Shown here: positions 1 to 9,534 of the stretch, piece after piece
Layout: each line of letters opens with the position of its first letter
Position numbering within the stretch: the first letter of the stretch is position 1
NCBI GenBank assembly: GCA_963701295.1
Contig: OY969585.1
Location: forward strand, 2,912,001-2,976,000
DNA: 64,000 bases
DNA from: Ignavibacteriota bacterium
GTDB lineage: Bacteria; Bacteroidota; Ignavibacteria; UBA10030
Direction: 5' to 3'
Position numbers and translations under genes: made by a program
The notes under the pieces: generated by a model
Database searches by the model: none
What the model was told of the DNA's origin: nothing
The model's input: only the letters and a program-made list of their open reading frames with translations

Positions 1-29
1 CGGTTTTCCATACCTTCATAAAAACAAAA

Positions 30-521
30 TTAATTGTCTCTTCGCCTGTTCCAACGATCCTTTGCAACATCACGCATCAATTCTCTTAGATTTTTGTTGA
101 AATTACGTTCAAAGACAATAAATTGAGATATCTGTTTTAACGATAGAATATCTCTTAGTTCTTTAATAAACTTTGTATGCTCTTCCAGCATTTTTTCCTC
201 GCTCAGATCAATGTCTTTAATAACATTTTCCAGAGCCGCATCTTTTGAATTTGATTTGCTCAACTCCTGAAGCTGATCTATCAGCTCATTTCGTTCTCTT
301 CCAATGGCGCGTATATTCTCCTCGTGTTTATTGTATCGTGCAAAAAAACGAACTGAGGTTTCTTCATTCATTTGAACGACTTCTATAAGACGCAGCTTTT
401 TATACTGGGCAATACGCTCTGCAGCAGGCCCATGCATAGGAAGTTGATCTTGAGCGGCTACCTGTGATAGCATGAAGAATATTGAGATCAATAATAGATT
501 ATGTGCTCGAATAATCCTCAT
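30..521 (-). CDS. Secreted/periplasmic helical protein (Spy/CpxP-like), third gene of ECF operon
   Basis: N-terminal signal peptide (LLLISIFFMLSQVAAQ), helical charged body, C-terminal 'ILSLKQISQF' resembling the LTxxQ motif; overlaps anti-sigma stop. Confidence 0.55.
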   Translation of the reverse strand: MRIIRAHNLLLISIFFMLSQVAAQDQLPMHGPAAERIAQYKKLRLIEVVQMNEETSVRFFARYNKHEENIRAIGRERNELIDQLQELSKSNSKDAALENVIKDIDLSEEKMLEEHTKFIKELRDILSLKQISQFIVFERNFNKNLRELMRDVAKDRWNRRRDN

Positions 522-1153
522 AGCATTTCCCTTTCTGAAAGTTCCGACAATAATTGCTCCGCCTGTTCTCTATTCAATCCTGAGAGAACTCCGTCAATAT
601 CCATGTCCACTATCTCACCACTCTCGATTTGCTTCAAGAGAGCCTCTCGAATAAAATGATCGCCTTTCAGGTGTTCGGCGATTCCTTCAGAGGCAATTTC
701 TTGATTCAACAACACATTCGAGCCGGCATATTCATTTGAAACCGCCTGCACAACTTCATCTGGAGAATAATTTTTCAATACCTGAAAAAGAGCATCTGTT
801 TGTTCATGCACGGATGAAGAATCTGAAGGTATTCTGATCAAGAGAATCAAAAACAACGCAGAAACTGCGAGCGGCAGTAGAAGCTTCGATGTAATCTTTC
901 TATCACTCCAGAGAGAGTCGCGATGACCCATGAGGCGCTCCTGCACACGAGGAAGAATGGTAGAATAATATACTGAACTTGGAGATACATTCCGACTATG
1001 CTGGAGTGCATCATACACAGCTTTCAACTCATTGTAATGATTTTGACATTCAGAACATTGCTGTAAATGCAAACGAACCTGATCGCAATCGTATTCGCCC
1101 AAATGCTCCGTAATGTAATCCATCAAGGAATATTTAATGTGCCCTGTGTGCAC
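518..1153 (-). CDS. Zinc-binding (zf-HC2) transmembrane anti-sigma factor
   Basis: HLQQCSEC (HxxxCxxC) motif, single TM segment (LLLPLAVSALFLILLI), directly downstream of ECF sigma. Confidence 0.85.
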   Translation of the reverse strand: MHTGHIKYSLMDYITEHLGEYDCDQVRLHLQQCSECQNHYNELKAVYDALQHSRNVSPSSVYYSTILPRVQERLMGHRDSLWSDRKITSKLLLPLAVSALFLILLIRIPSDSSSVHEQTDALFQVLKNYSPDEVVQAVSNEYAGSNVLLNQEIASEGIAEHLKGDHFIREALLKQIESGEIVDMDIDGVLSGLNREQAEQLLSELSEREML

Positions 1154-1691
1154 GGTTCACAAATTCTCCAATATTCTTTACAGCATGAAAATAATTTGCT
1201 TTCAGCCCGCCAACCGATGTCTTTAATATCTTTGAAATGTCTTCATACGGTAATTCTTCGTAATAGCGAAGAATAAAAACAGCCTTTTGTTTTTCAGGAA
1301 GCTGCTGTATAGCTTCTTCGATAAGTTGTTTTTGCTCACTCTGCTCATATTGCTTGTCCGGCTGGTCACTCTCTTCACTCGGATAATCAAAGAATTCATC
1401 AATTCGTAAGAAATCTTTTATTCGTTGTCTACGAATTGTATTGAGTGAGACATTGACCGTTATCCGGTAGAGCCATGTATAAACACTCGACTTTCCTCGA
1501 AAATCACTGAGTGCTTTATATACCTTTAAAAATACTTCTTGAACAATATCATCAGCCTGATCATGATCGTTCACGAATCGGTGTGCGATCCAATAGACCT
1601 TTTCCTGATATCGTCGTACCAACTCGTTAAATGAGGCCTCATTGCCCTTCTGGAATGATTCAACAAGTTCTAGGTCATTTGAGACGCTCAT
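1134..1691 (-). CDS. ECF RNA polymerase sigma-70 factor
   Basis: Region 2 'DDIVQEVFLKVY...FRGKSSVYTWLYRITVN' and region 4 'LPEKQKAVFILRYYEELPYEDISKIL'. Confidence 0.95.
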   Translation of the reverse strand: MSVSNDLELVESFQKGNEASFNELVRRYQEKVYWIAHRFVNDHDQADDIVQEVFLKVYKALSDFRGKSSVYTWLYRITVNVSLNTIRRQRIKDFLRIDEFFDYPSEESDQPDKQYEQSEQKQLIEEAIQQLPEKQKAVFILRYYEELPYEDISKILKTSVGGLKANYFHAVKNIGEFVNRAHRAH

Positions 1692-1713
1692 GAGTCATTC
1701 ATATGTCAATAAT

Positions 1714-1740
1714 TTGACACTCAGGAATCTTGCAGGTTTA
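1714..1740 (-). promoter_or_regulatory. Possible autoregulatory ECF-type promoter
   Basis: Minus strand TAAAC-N17-GTCAA about 20 nt upstream of the sigma ATG, matching the generic ECF AAC...GTC pattern; imperfect palindrome TGTCAATAATTTGACA overlaps it. Confidence 0.35.
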
Positions 1741-1762
1741 ATTCTAGCATGAATACGAGGCA

Positions 1763-3454
1763 TCACCAAATCCCTAAACTTGCGCCTATGGCACATTCGA
1801 CCTGATGCGCGCGATTTTGAGAAGGATCGGCTTCATCTGCAATCGAACGTACCCGGCCATTGAAATGAATGAAAATATCGCGAATGGGCTGATAGAGCAA
1901 AGTCAATCCGGTTGAACGCTCGACATGTAATGGCCCAAAAAGAAATGTCCAATAACCCTGATAGTCTGAATATTGGTCTGCCAAAGGCAGTGTTCCTCCT
2001 TTTCGATATACTTCGCTAAAGATGGTAAAACGAAGCGCATGAATAGGCGAGAGACCAACTTCTAAAAATAAATCGTCGGAATTTTGACCCATCCAACTTC
2101 CGAGGCAAAATCCATTGTTGGTAAATGTTGTAGAAGGGTATTGATGATTATATGTCGCCGGATTAACCCGAGAATATTCAATAGTCATATCGATATTGGT
2201 GCTGGGGAAGTCGAACACCCGAACACCGGTCGTGAAAGCAACTTGTCGATGAGATAGGTTGGGATCAAATAATTTGTCGGTATTCAATTCATCAATGAAT
2301 AACGAAAGATAGGCATTGACATTCCTTATGACATTTAAATCCAAGCTTCCAAAGATCTGGCAATTGTCTTTGTTATCGTTATAATGTTCACCCGCTTTGA
2401 AGAACATAATGGGAATTAAATACATCAACAATGGCCCCCTATCGCTATACACGATTGATTCGCCTATCGAAAAGTCTACCCCACGCCACAAAGATATTTC
2501 TATTTGATGCGCAGCAATATATTTCACATGATCAACTTCGCGGAATGTGGAATATGCCGGGTTGAAATATGTGATGGTATAGGAATTCGTCGAATCGATA
2601 ACATTTGAGTTTAATTCACCATGGAAATAAATGAAATCGATATCTTTCGAAAAGGGAACACGCAATTTGATTTGAGGATAGGAAGGGGTATTGTCAGAAA
2701 ATATGACATTATTCATTCTTCCATATCCCCAAACATTGTTCATTTTTTCCAGTGACAAAGTAAATGCTCCGATTTGCCAGCTGAATTGAGCGTTTACTTC
2801 ATCATATTGAAAATTATCCGTGAGCACGCCTTCTGACGGGATAACACCACGGAGAGGAGTCTTTGCCCTCTTATAATAGTCTTTGTCAAGGCTGGAAAGA
2901 AATCCTACGTCATCAAGCTGTCTATCGTTCAATCGGCTAAAATTGAGATTGTCACCTTTCTCTAAATTGTCATCTATATTAAAATAGAATCCGACATTGT
3001 TAAACGCATAGCCATATGTTTTAAATCCCTGCGCGCGATCCGACGTTGCCTGCTTTCCTGTGTAAGTGCGTGTCAGGCTGTAATCAATATCAAAATTCAA
3101 TATCCCTTGGTCTAGTTCATGCGAATAAATATGCCAACGTGTTTCACTTGGTTCTGCATCGCCGGAGATTTTCAGCATTTCATAATTGAATTCTGTTTTC
3201 AGGAATTCATAGGTTTCTCTTTCGACTTTGGTCATTTCATCGACGTGTTTTTCCAAAGTAAGGAGTGCAGAAGCAATTTGTATTCGCGACAGAGGTTTGG
3301 CAGCATCCTTGTAATCGACGAGAATCTCACGCGCTTCCATCCTCTTGAGAAAATCATATACTTCATGTTGTACCGGCACATACACAGACTGTGCGTGCAC
3401 GAGAACTCCCATAACGGCGAATAATATGATACTCTTGAAAAGAATCCGATTCAT
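1763..3454 (-). CDS. Capsule assembly Wzi-family outer-membrane protein
   Basis: Signal peptide, 'VYDFLKRME...KPLSR' N-terminus, 'KYIAAHQIE', 'GSWMGQNSDD', terminal W; at the end of the glycan locus. Confidence 0.7.
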   Translation of the reverse strand: MNRILFKSIILFAVMGVLVHAQSVYVPVQHEVYDFLKRMEAREILVDYKDAAKPLSRIQIASALLTLEKHVDEMTKVERETYEFLKTEFNYEMLKISGDAEPSETRWHIYSHELDQGILNFDIDYSLTRTYTGKQATSDRAQGFKTYGYAFNNVGFYFNIDDNLEKGDNLNFSRLNDRQLDDVGFLSSLDKDYYKRAKTPLRGVIPSEGVLTDNFQYDEVNAQFSWQIGAFTLSLEKMNNVWGYGRMNNVIFSDNTPSYPQIKLRVPFSKDIDFIYFHGELNSNVIDSTNSYTITYFNPAYSTFREVDHVKYIAAHQIEISLWRGVDFSIGESIVYSDRGPLLMYLIPIMFFKAGEHYNDNKDNCQIFGSLDLNVIRNVNAYLSLFIDELNTDKLFDPNLSHRQVAFTTGVRVFDFPSTNIDMTIEYSRVNPATYNHQYPSTTFTNNGFCLGSWMGQNSDDLFLEVGLSPIHALRFTIFSEVYRKGGTLPLADQYSDYQGYWTFLFGPLHVERSTGLTLLYQPIRDIFIHFNGRVRSIADEADPSQNRAHQVECAIGASLGIW

Positions 3455-3478
3455 TCAATTTCCTTTTTGTTTTGTGAT

Positions 3479-4216
3479 CTAATGTTCATGCCGCCACAAC
3501 TCGCGCCATGAATGTATTTCTTCCACTTTTGGATAGCGTGCCGGTGCTTTTCCCGTTATGAGGTATCGTACATCGCAATACGCATGAAAAAGAACTGTCG
3601 GAAGTAAATTCTTTTTCAATCTCCGTGTTGAAACCAACGCACGTGCTTTTCTATTAACGGTACAGAATCCTAAATGCGACATTCTTCTGCTCAAGTCAAG
3701 ATCTTCGACGATACCAAAATCTTCCCGAAACCCGCCGGCTGCTTCAAATCCTGCACGCCTATACGCTACGCAAATTCCTGGAAAGAGTGGCAGTCCGAAG
3801 AAATCGAATAATCGAACCATACCGTATGTGCTTCGATACACACAGCGCCGCAAAATACCGCCGTCACATGGTTGTGCCATGCCAGTCATGCCGATAATCG
3901 CCGGATTTGAAAATTCCTGATGACAATAGCTAAGAAAATCTTGATCCAAAGTTGCATCTGCATCGACAAAAATGAGAATATCTCCGCGTGCTTTTTTCGC
4001 GCCGATATTACGGCCGTAGGCAATTCCTTTCCGATCTTCCACAAGAACGCTATCTGCATATGGACGTGCAATGTCTGCAGTGTGATCCGTTGAACGCGCA
4101 TCGGAAACAATAATTTCAAATTCTGTTCGTTGATATCGCTGCTCACCTAGTGATCGAAGGCATCTTTCGATACATCCTTCTTCCATATAGGTGGGAACAA
4201 TAATTGAGAATTCCAT
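3479..4216 (-). CDS. Glycosyltransferase family 2
   Basis: SIIVPTY, FVDAD DxD motif, EDLDL. Confidence 0.92.
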   Translation of the reverse strand: MEFSIIVPTYMEEGCIERCLRSLGEQRYQRTEFEIIVSDARSTDHTADIARPYADSVLVEDRKGIAYGRNIGAKKARGDILIFVDADATLDQDFLSYCHQEFSNPAIIGMTGMAQPCDGGILRRCVYRSTYGMVRLFDFFGLPLFPGICVAYRRAGFEAAGGFREDFGIVEDLDLSRRMSHLGFCTVNRKARALVSTRRLKKNLLPTVLFHAYCDVRYLITGKAPARYPKVEEIHSWRELWRHEH

Positions 4217-4225
4217 CGAATCTCC

Positions 4226-7200
4226 CTACCGAACCTTTGCAAGTTTCTGGATGACTTCTGTGCCCGATTTATTGCTCTTAGCAATAACTTTATAGAAATA
4301 TATTCCATTGGCTATATTATCTCCGTCATGATCCCTGCCATTCCAGTACACTCGATAATATGCATTAGCCTGAGGAGGCACCTGGATATCCTGGATAAGG
4401 CGTCCAGCGATCGTATAGATCTTTATCTTTATTTCATCGGCATAGTCCGTGAGGATGAATGTAAAATATGTTTCCGACGCAAAGGGATTGGGATAATTAA
4501 ATACATCGAGCAACTTGAGGTTTGTCTCGACTCGAAACTGGATTTGCGTAGCTACCGAATCGGAATAATTTCCAGAAGCATCCATCACTCGTACCGACAA
4601 CGTGTGGTCCCCAGTTGCAAGAGTTGGATGGTACGTAACAGAGGCTTTTGCATTTCCGCTTTGCCCGCTTTGCGATATGAAGAGACTGTCCGGCATAGGG
4701 CCAAGAGCTACCCTCCGTCCATCCAAGGCGAGATACACCGAAGAAGGATCAGAAATTGGCAATGGGCTGTTATCATAAATTGCTATTTTAATAGTTGGGC
4801 TGGGCAAAACATAATCGCCATTGTAAATGCGCTGTCCGTCGAATGTGATAGCAAATGTGGGACGCGTTGTATCGGTTTGAACATAAAACGAAACAGAATA
4901 ATAATTATTGATAGTATATATTTCTGGAATTGATTGTTGGGGGTCGATCGACAGTATTTCTGTGTTGCTGCCGGCGCGTCCGGTCGTTGCAAGAGAATAC
5001 GTTACCGTAGTAAATGAATCAGCAGGGACAACAGGAATGATAACCGTATCCTTTTGACGGATACCGTTATTCATCAATGTAAAGACCACTTTCACGCTGT
5101 CGGCAGGTTGCTCGCCTGCATTGTAAATTTTTGCTGTTATCCCTAAGGATTTCCCTTCCATCAATGTATCGGAAGTTATCGAAACACATTGATAATTGAT
5201 GGCAAGTTCCGGAGGAGGTTTCAGTAAAACATTCCAATTTTTTAAGAGAGGCGTTTCACCCGAAGCATTCGCAGTAAATTTTCCTAAAAGTTGTAATGTC
5301 CGATATTTCTTTGCACTAAAAGATGCAAGAGTTAACGTACTGCTCGTATCGTTTGTCACAAGCGTATCCACTGAACCTGTAAGCGTTGTCCCAAGAACAT
5401 ACATACCAAGATTACTTCCTGCGGGTGTTGTCTTGGTAATTGCAGCTTGTTTCCATTGAGAAGAAGGGCCAAAAGATGGGCTGAGCACATAACCAGATAG
5501 AGCTGGGCGAATGAAAGTTGTATCAAGCTGAACTCGCAATGAATCGGATCCTATATACCATCCTTCCAATGCCGTACCTACTGGATCGCCTTTTCTGCCA
5601 AGTAACGCCCATGATGCGCGCCAGCCGGTAGTGTAATCCGTTAATTTATCGATATAAGCGCTTCCAAATTCTTTGATAGCATTTGCTGCAGCAGGTGTCG
5701 GTGAGCTTGATCCTGGAATAAGAACGCCATTAAAGGCATCGTCAATCACAACCATTGCCACTAAACTTCCATTAGGCATTGCTTCAAGAAATTTTATCAA
5801 TTTTGTCGAACTTGTTGAATCTCCGTAAGTATCAAAGGACTGTTGTTGAATAGCATGATAATCCATCGTATCTAATTGGACAATTGTAATGCCACGATTG
5901 AAAGTGCTGCCAAGTAAGTTTATTCCATTTACTTTCACCGCTCCATAATCTATGGTATTTCGTCCAGATGAAACAATTTCAATCGAATACGTTGAAACTA
6001 ACAGATGCACACCTGTTGAATCATGAAAACAATGAGAATAAGAATTCGTTGTCCATTCTGATGGTACGGTCTGCGTCCACCGAGTCAAAGAATCTGATGA
6101 CGGAACAAATGAGCCGGATGTAGGCGAAAGAGAACCGGAAGTCTTCCAGTAATATCGTTTTACTGCTATATCGGCAGGAGTAAAGGATGTTACCACCTGT
6201 CCTATCGGAGCTGTATAGGAAGATGCTGTCGAGAACGAATCGCTGGTATCGATCATAATTGTTACTGCATTCGTATCGCTCGGTTTTTTTACCGGATTGA
6301 GAAGAATGAACTTTTTCGGCGGACAATTCAATCCGGGAACAGGATATGCAATTCTATATACCGCCGTTTGTACTACGACAGAATATTCGCAGGAATTGTC
6401 GGAATAATTCGACTCCGAAACCGTACGAGCCGGGTTCAATTGTATGACAAAGGTATGTTCTCCCGGCAAGTTCTTCACGACGTATGAAAGATGAATTGTG
6501 TCGGCATACAACGGAACCGGCAAGGCAAATATCGTATCGGAACTCGTCGTGAGATATGTATGTGTGACTTTTACTTTGAAGGTATCGGTTGGCACAGCCC
6601 CCAAATTGTGATATGGAATCGTCAGAGAAATCACATCATTATCGTCCGACGGAAAGCTGGGTGAAGAAGTTATTAGACTGCTGGAAATAACCAGATTTGG
6701 CAATGACGGAATAGCCAACCGAACAGCAGGATCGCCGATCAATGTATTGGTCAGCATCAACTGTCTTCCCATCGCAGAGTTATTCCATCCATTTTGATTC
6801 AAGGTAAGAATTTTCCCTAAAAGATGATCTTTTCCAATGGTATGCGTGGAATCTGCCATGACTTCTTCAAAGAAGTATTCCGGCAGAGTGGTAGCGATGG
6901 ATTCAAATCCCAAGGAAGAATTCCCGATATATCCAATCGCCGAGCTATTACTGCCGACAACAAACTGTTCGCTAAATGAACTGATATTCGGCTCCGCAAA
7001 CTTCCCCGTCGAACATCCGAAATCGGAAATGAACGGGAAACGTCCGACTGTATTTGCTAAATCCGTTACCTTATTGATATCATTGTCCCAAGTTTCAGTC
7101 CCGCTATGTCCAATATAAGTAATCATCAACGCACTGCTGTCAATAGCATTTGCAATTTGTGTCGTTGTGTATGGGCCAAAGCTGGAAACCGGATTTGATG

Positions 7201-9499
7201 TTTTATAAAAATCGATGGCAATGCCGCCGATCGGCCGCGGTTGAATGATCTCGTTTATAACTTGTTGATTCACAGAATGAAATGTTGAATACTCACTGCT
7301 AGTGGAACCGCCGGCAAAGAACATATATCGTTTATTCCAGACATCGGATGTCTGTGTTACGTATGTTTGCAGCCTTGTAAAATAGCGTTGAAATTCATCC
7401 GTTGACGCTACAGGCAATCGCCCCAAATACATTTGAGGAATATCAAGTGAATCATACAGTTTGGCTATCCATTGATCACTTACAGGCATACCAAATACCG
7501 GAACAACGTTCCGGACATAACTGCCCTCTGCAATGCCGAGATAATTCTTAAAATCGTAATTGGCTTCGCCCACCAATAACACGTACAAAGGCATGGGCGA
7601 CGTCCAATTCGTGGTTGCTTTCAAAAATTCCCGTTCCGCTTCAGGAACAGGATAACCATAACCGAATTCATCAAATATATCTTTTATATTGATAATGGCA
7701 GTCATCAAGCCGTATGTTGATTGGATAAAGGCAGTGTACTGTTCTGCAAGAGAAAGAAATGAGGAATCAGTGATCAAGAGATAATCGGCGTGACGAGAAG
7801 AATTTCGTAAATCGACAAAGGCACTTTTATATGCAATCAGCGGTGTTGCAATTTTTGCCGATGAGACAATAACGTAGCGGTCTCCATTGCGAACAGTATC
7901 TACGAAAGAGACAGTATACGTCCCTGAACCATCAACTGTTCCTAAAATACGTTTTGGATATTTTCCTGATTTATAAATTACCGCGCTGTTTGATGCAAGT
8001 CCATGAAGAACCACTCTCCGTACGGCAGTACCGCTGAGATCATGAAATCCAAACCAGAGACTGTCATCTGTTGCTGTCAGCGAACGAGGGTATTCAACAT
8101 CTGCCCAATCAAATACAATTGAATTGGTTGACGATGCCGAAGCATAGGAATACAGATGCAAGGTATTTGTTCCCTCGGTTAGGATCGAAGTACTGATCGC
8201 CCGCCGTAGGATCGATTGTTCAAAAGGACCAAGAATCGACGTATCAGGAAGCAATGTAGAATTGATACCGATTTGCACCATATGAGCATTTGCGATGGAG
8301 CTGATAGCTGCCGATCCCGCCACCTTCATCAAAATTCGAGGAGAAAATGCTCCGGATTGTATCTGCGTCGCAGAAAAAGTCGGATCACAACTTCCTCCCG
8401 CATAGATATATGTCCAGACCCACATATCACCGGATGTCCAGTATGGATTCTGCTGTTCTACCGCATCATCGCCGCAATACGCATAGACTGTATTTTGTTC
8501 GATGTGAACGTTTTCCGTGTACCAGAAAAGCGAATCATTGGGTGTTACTGTTGTATCGTTCGTTGTATATCGCGCACCAGACGCACTTCCCCATTCTAAC
8601 CAGTAATAGGAAGTGTCGGTGTATCGGTTGAGATATTCGGAATATTCTTCCTCGCCAGTCGGAATGATCCGATACAGTGTATCAGGGTTATAATTTTTTG
8701 TACCAACAAACTCAAGATAATCTCCTGCAGAAAAAGTATGAGCGGATACAGTGTTCACCGTCATCGGCAATTCATGTCCTTTGTTGAATAATTGAAACGT
8801 CGTCGGATCTGCTTGTGCCAACTCCGATGCAATGCTCGTTAATTGCACATAGGAAAGACGGTACACACCATCGCCGGGAATGGTAATTTTGATCGCTTTG
8901 CCGTTGATTGGAATCCATGCTTTCGTCGAATCACTCCACGTAAGTGCTTCCGTAGAAACAAATGAGGAAGCGCTATTCACTTCCAATGCATTCAAAACGG
9001 ATTGAAATTGTTTATCATTGGCGGATGTCGCTGAAACCGGAAGTAGCGAGCCGCTTAGAGTCACATCAATCGTATCAACAGATTGAACAGTTTGACCGTA
9101 TCGTACAAGAGGCGCCACCGATAATTCCGCTAAACGTTGTCCCCGGAACCAGCGATATCCTTTCAATGTAACAAGAGAACTTCCCGAACTCGGTACTTGC
9201 TGCCGCACTTGCTCTAGAGACGATGAAAATTTAGATATTTTTCCCGAAAGCGTATGTGCAGAATGATGGCGCACTTGTAGTTGAATCTTCGCCTTTGGCG
9301 CTATCGCATAATAACATGTGTATGATGTCTTCGCAGCTGTATCGGTTTCTGCATGATGCAAAACAAATTGAATATTCATTCCGCTTTGTGAAGAATGCAG
9401 GTTCGCTCTTCCCCATGGAAAATATTTTTGTTGTGCAACAGCAGTGGAATCAAACAACAGCGATATCAGCAAAATCACGCCGACAATAAATCTGCTCAT
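4226..9499 (-). CDS. PorU-like C25 (gingipain-family) cysteine peptidase with ILEI-like and CARDB-like domains and T9SS C-terminal domain; start more likely 9499 or 9541 than 9595
   Basis: C25 motifs 'YVLLVGEA', 'MYLGRLP', His in 'YIGHS', Cys in 'DFGCSTG', 'TLIGDPA'; ILEI-like 'NRGITIVQLD...FDTY...WRASWALLGRKG'; CTD 'NYPNPF...NGIYFYKV...KLAKVR'. Confidence 0.85.
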   Translation of the reverse strand: MSRFIVGVILLISLLFDSTAVAQQKYFPWGRANLHSSQSGMNIQFVLHHAETDTAAKTSYTCYYAIAPKAKIQLQVRHHSAHTLSGKISKFSSSLEQVRQQVPSSGSSLVTLKGYRWFRGQRLAELSVAPLVRYGQTVQSVDTIDVTLSGSLLPVSATSANDKQFQSVLNALEVNSASSFVSTEALTWSDSTKAWIPINGKAIKITIPGDGVYRLSYVQLTSIASELAQADPTTFQLFNKGHELPMTVNTVSAHTFSAGDYLEFVGTKNYNPDTLYRIIPTGEEEYSEYLNRYTDTSYYWLEWGSASGARYTTNDTTVTPNDSLFWYTENVHIEQNTVYAYCGDDAVEQQNPYWTSGDMWVWTYIYAGGSCDPTFSATQIQSGAFSPRILMKVAGSAAISSIANAHMVQIGINSTLLPDTSILGPFEQSILRRAISTSILTEGTNTLHLYSYASASSTNSIVFDWADVEYPRSLTATDDSLWFGFHDLSGTAVRRVVLHGLASNSAVIYKSGKYPKRILGTVDGSGTYTVSFVDTVRNGDRYVIVSSAKIATPLIAYKSAFVDLRNSSRHADYLLITDSSFLSLAEQYTAFIQSTYGLMTAIINIKDIFDEFGYGYPVPEAEREFLKATTNWTSPMPLYVLLVGEANYDFKNYLGIAEGSYVRNVVPVFGMPVSDQWIAKLYDSLDIPQMYLGRLPVASTDEFQRYFTRLQTYVTQTSDVWNKRYMFFAGGSTSSEYSTFHSVNQQVINEIIQPRPIGGIAIDFYKTSNPVSSFGPYTTTQIANAIDSSALMITYIGHSGTETWDNDINKVTDLANTVGRFPFISDFGCSTGKFAEPNISSFSEQFVVGSNSSAIGYIGNSSLGFESIATTLPEYFFEEVMADSTHTIGKDHLLGKILTLNQNGWNNSAMGRQLMLTNTLIGDPAVRLAIPSLPNLVISSSLITSSPSFPSDDNDVISLTIPYHNLGAVPTDTFKVKVTHTYLTTSSDTIFALPVPLYADTIHLSYVVKNLPGEHTFVIQLNPARTVSESNYSDNSCEYSVVVQTAVYRIAYPVPGLNCPPKKFILLNPVKKPSDTNAVTIMIDTSDSFSTASSYTAPIGQVVTSFTPADIAVKRYYWKTSGSLSPTSGSFVPSSDSLTRWTQTVPSEWTTNSYSHCFHDSTGVHLLVSTYSIEIVSSGRNTIDYGAVKVNGINLLGSTFNRGITIVQLDTMDYHAIQQQSFDTYGDSTSSTKLIKFLEAMPNGSLVAMVVIDDAFNGVLIPGSSSPTPAAANAIKEFGSAYIDKLTDYTTGWRASWALLGRKGDPVGTALEGWYIGSDSLRVQLDTTFIRPALSGYVLSPSFGPSSQWKQAAITKTTPAGSNLGMYVLGTTLTGSVDTLVTNDTSSTLTLASFSAKKYRTLQLLGKFTANASGETPLLKNWNVLLKPPPELAINYQCVSITSDTLMEGKSLGITAKIYNAGEQPADSVKVVFTLMNNGIRQKDTVIIPVVPADSFTTVTYSLATTGRAGSNTEILSIDPQQSIPEIYTINNYYSVSFYVQTDTTRPTFAITFDGQRIYNGDYVLPSPTIKIAIYDNSPLPISDPSSVYLALDGRRVALGPMPDSLFISQSGQSGNAKASVTYHPTLATGDHTLSVRVMDASGNYSDSVATQIQFRVETNLKLLDVFNYPNPFASETYFTFILTDYADEIKIKIYTIAGRLIQDIQVPPQANAYYRVYWNGRDHDGDNIANGIYFYKVIAKSNKSGTEVIQKLAKVR

Positions 9500-9534
9500 A
9501 ACTGTACAACTAAAATTTGCTATCATCTCTGAAT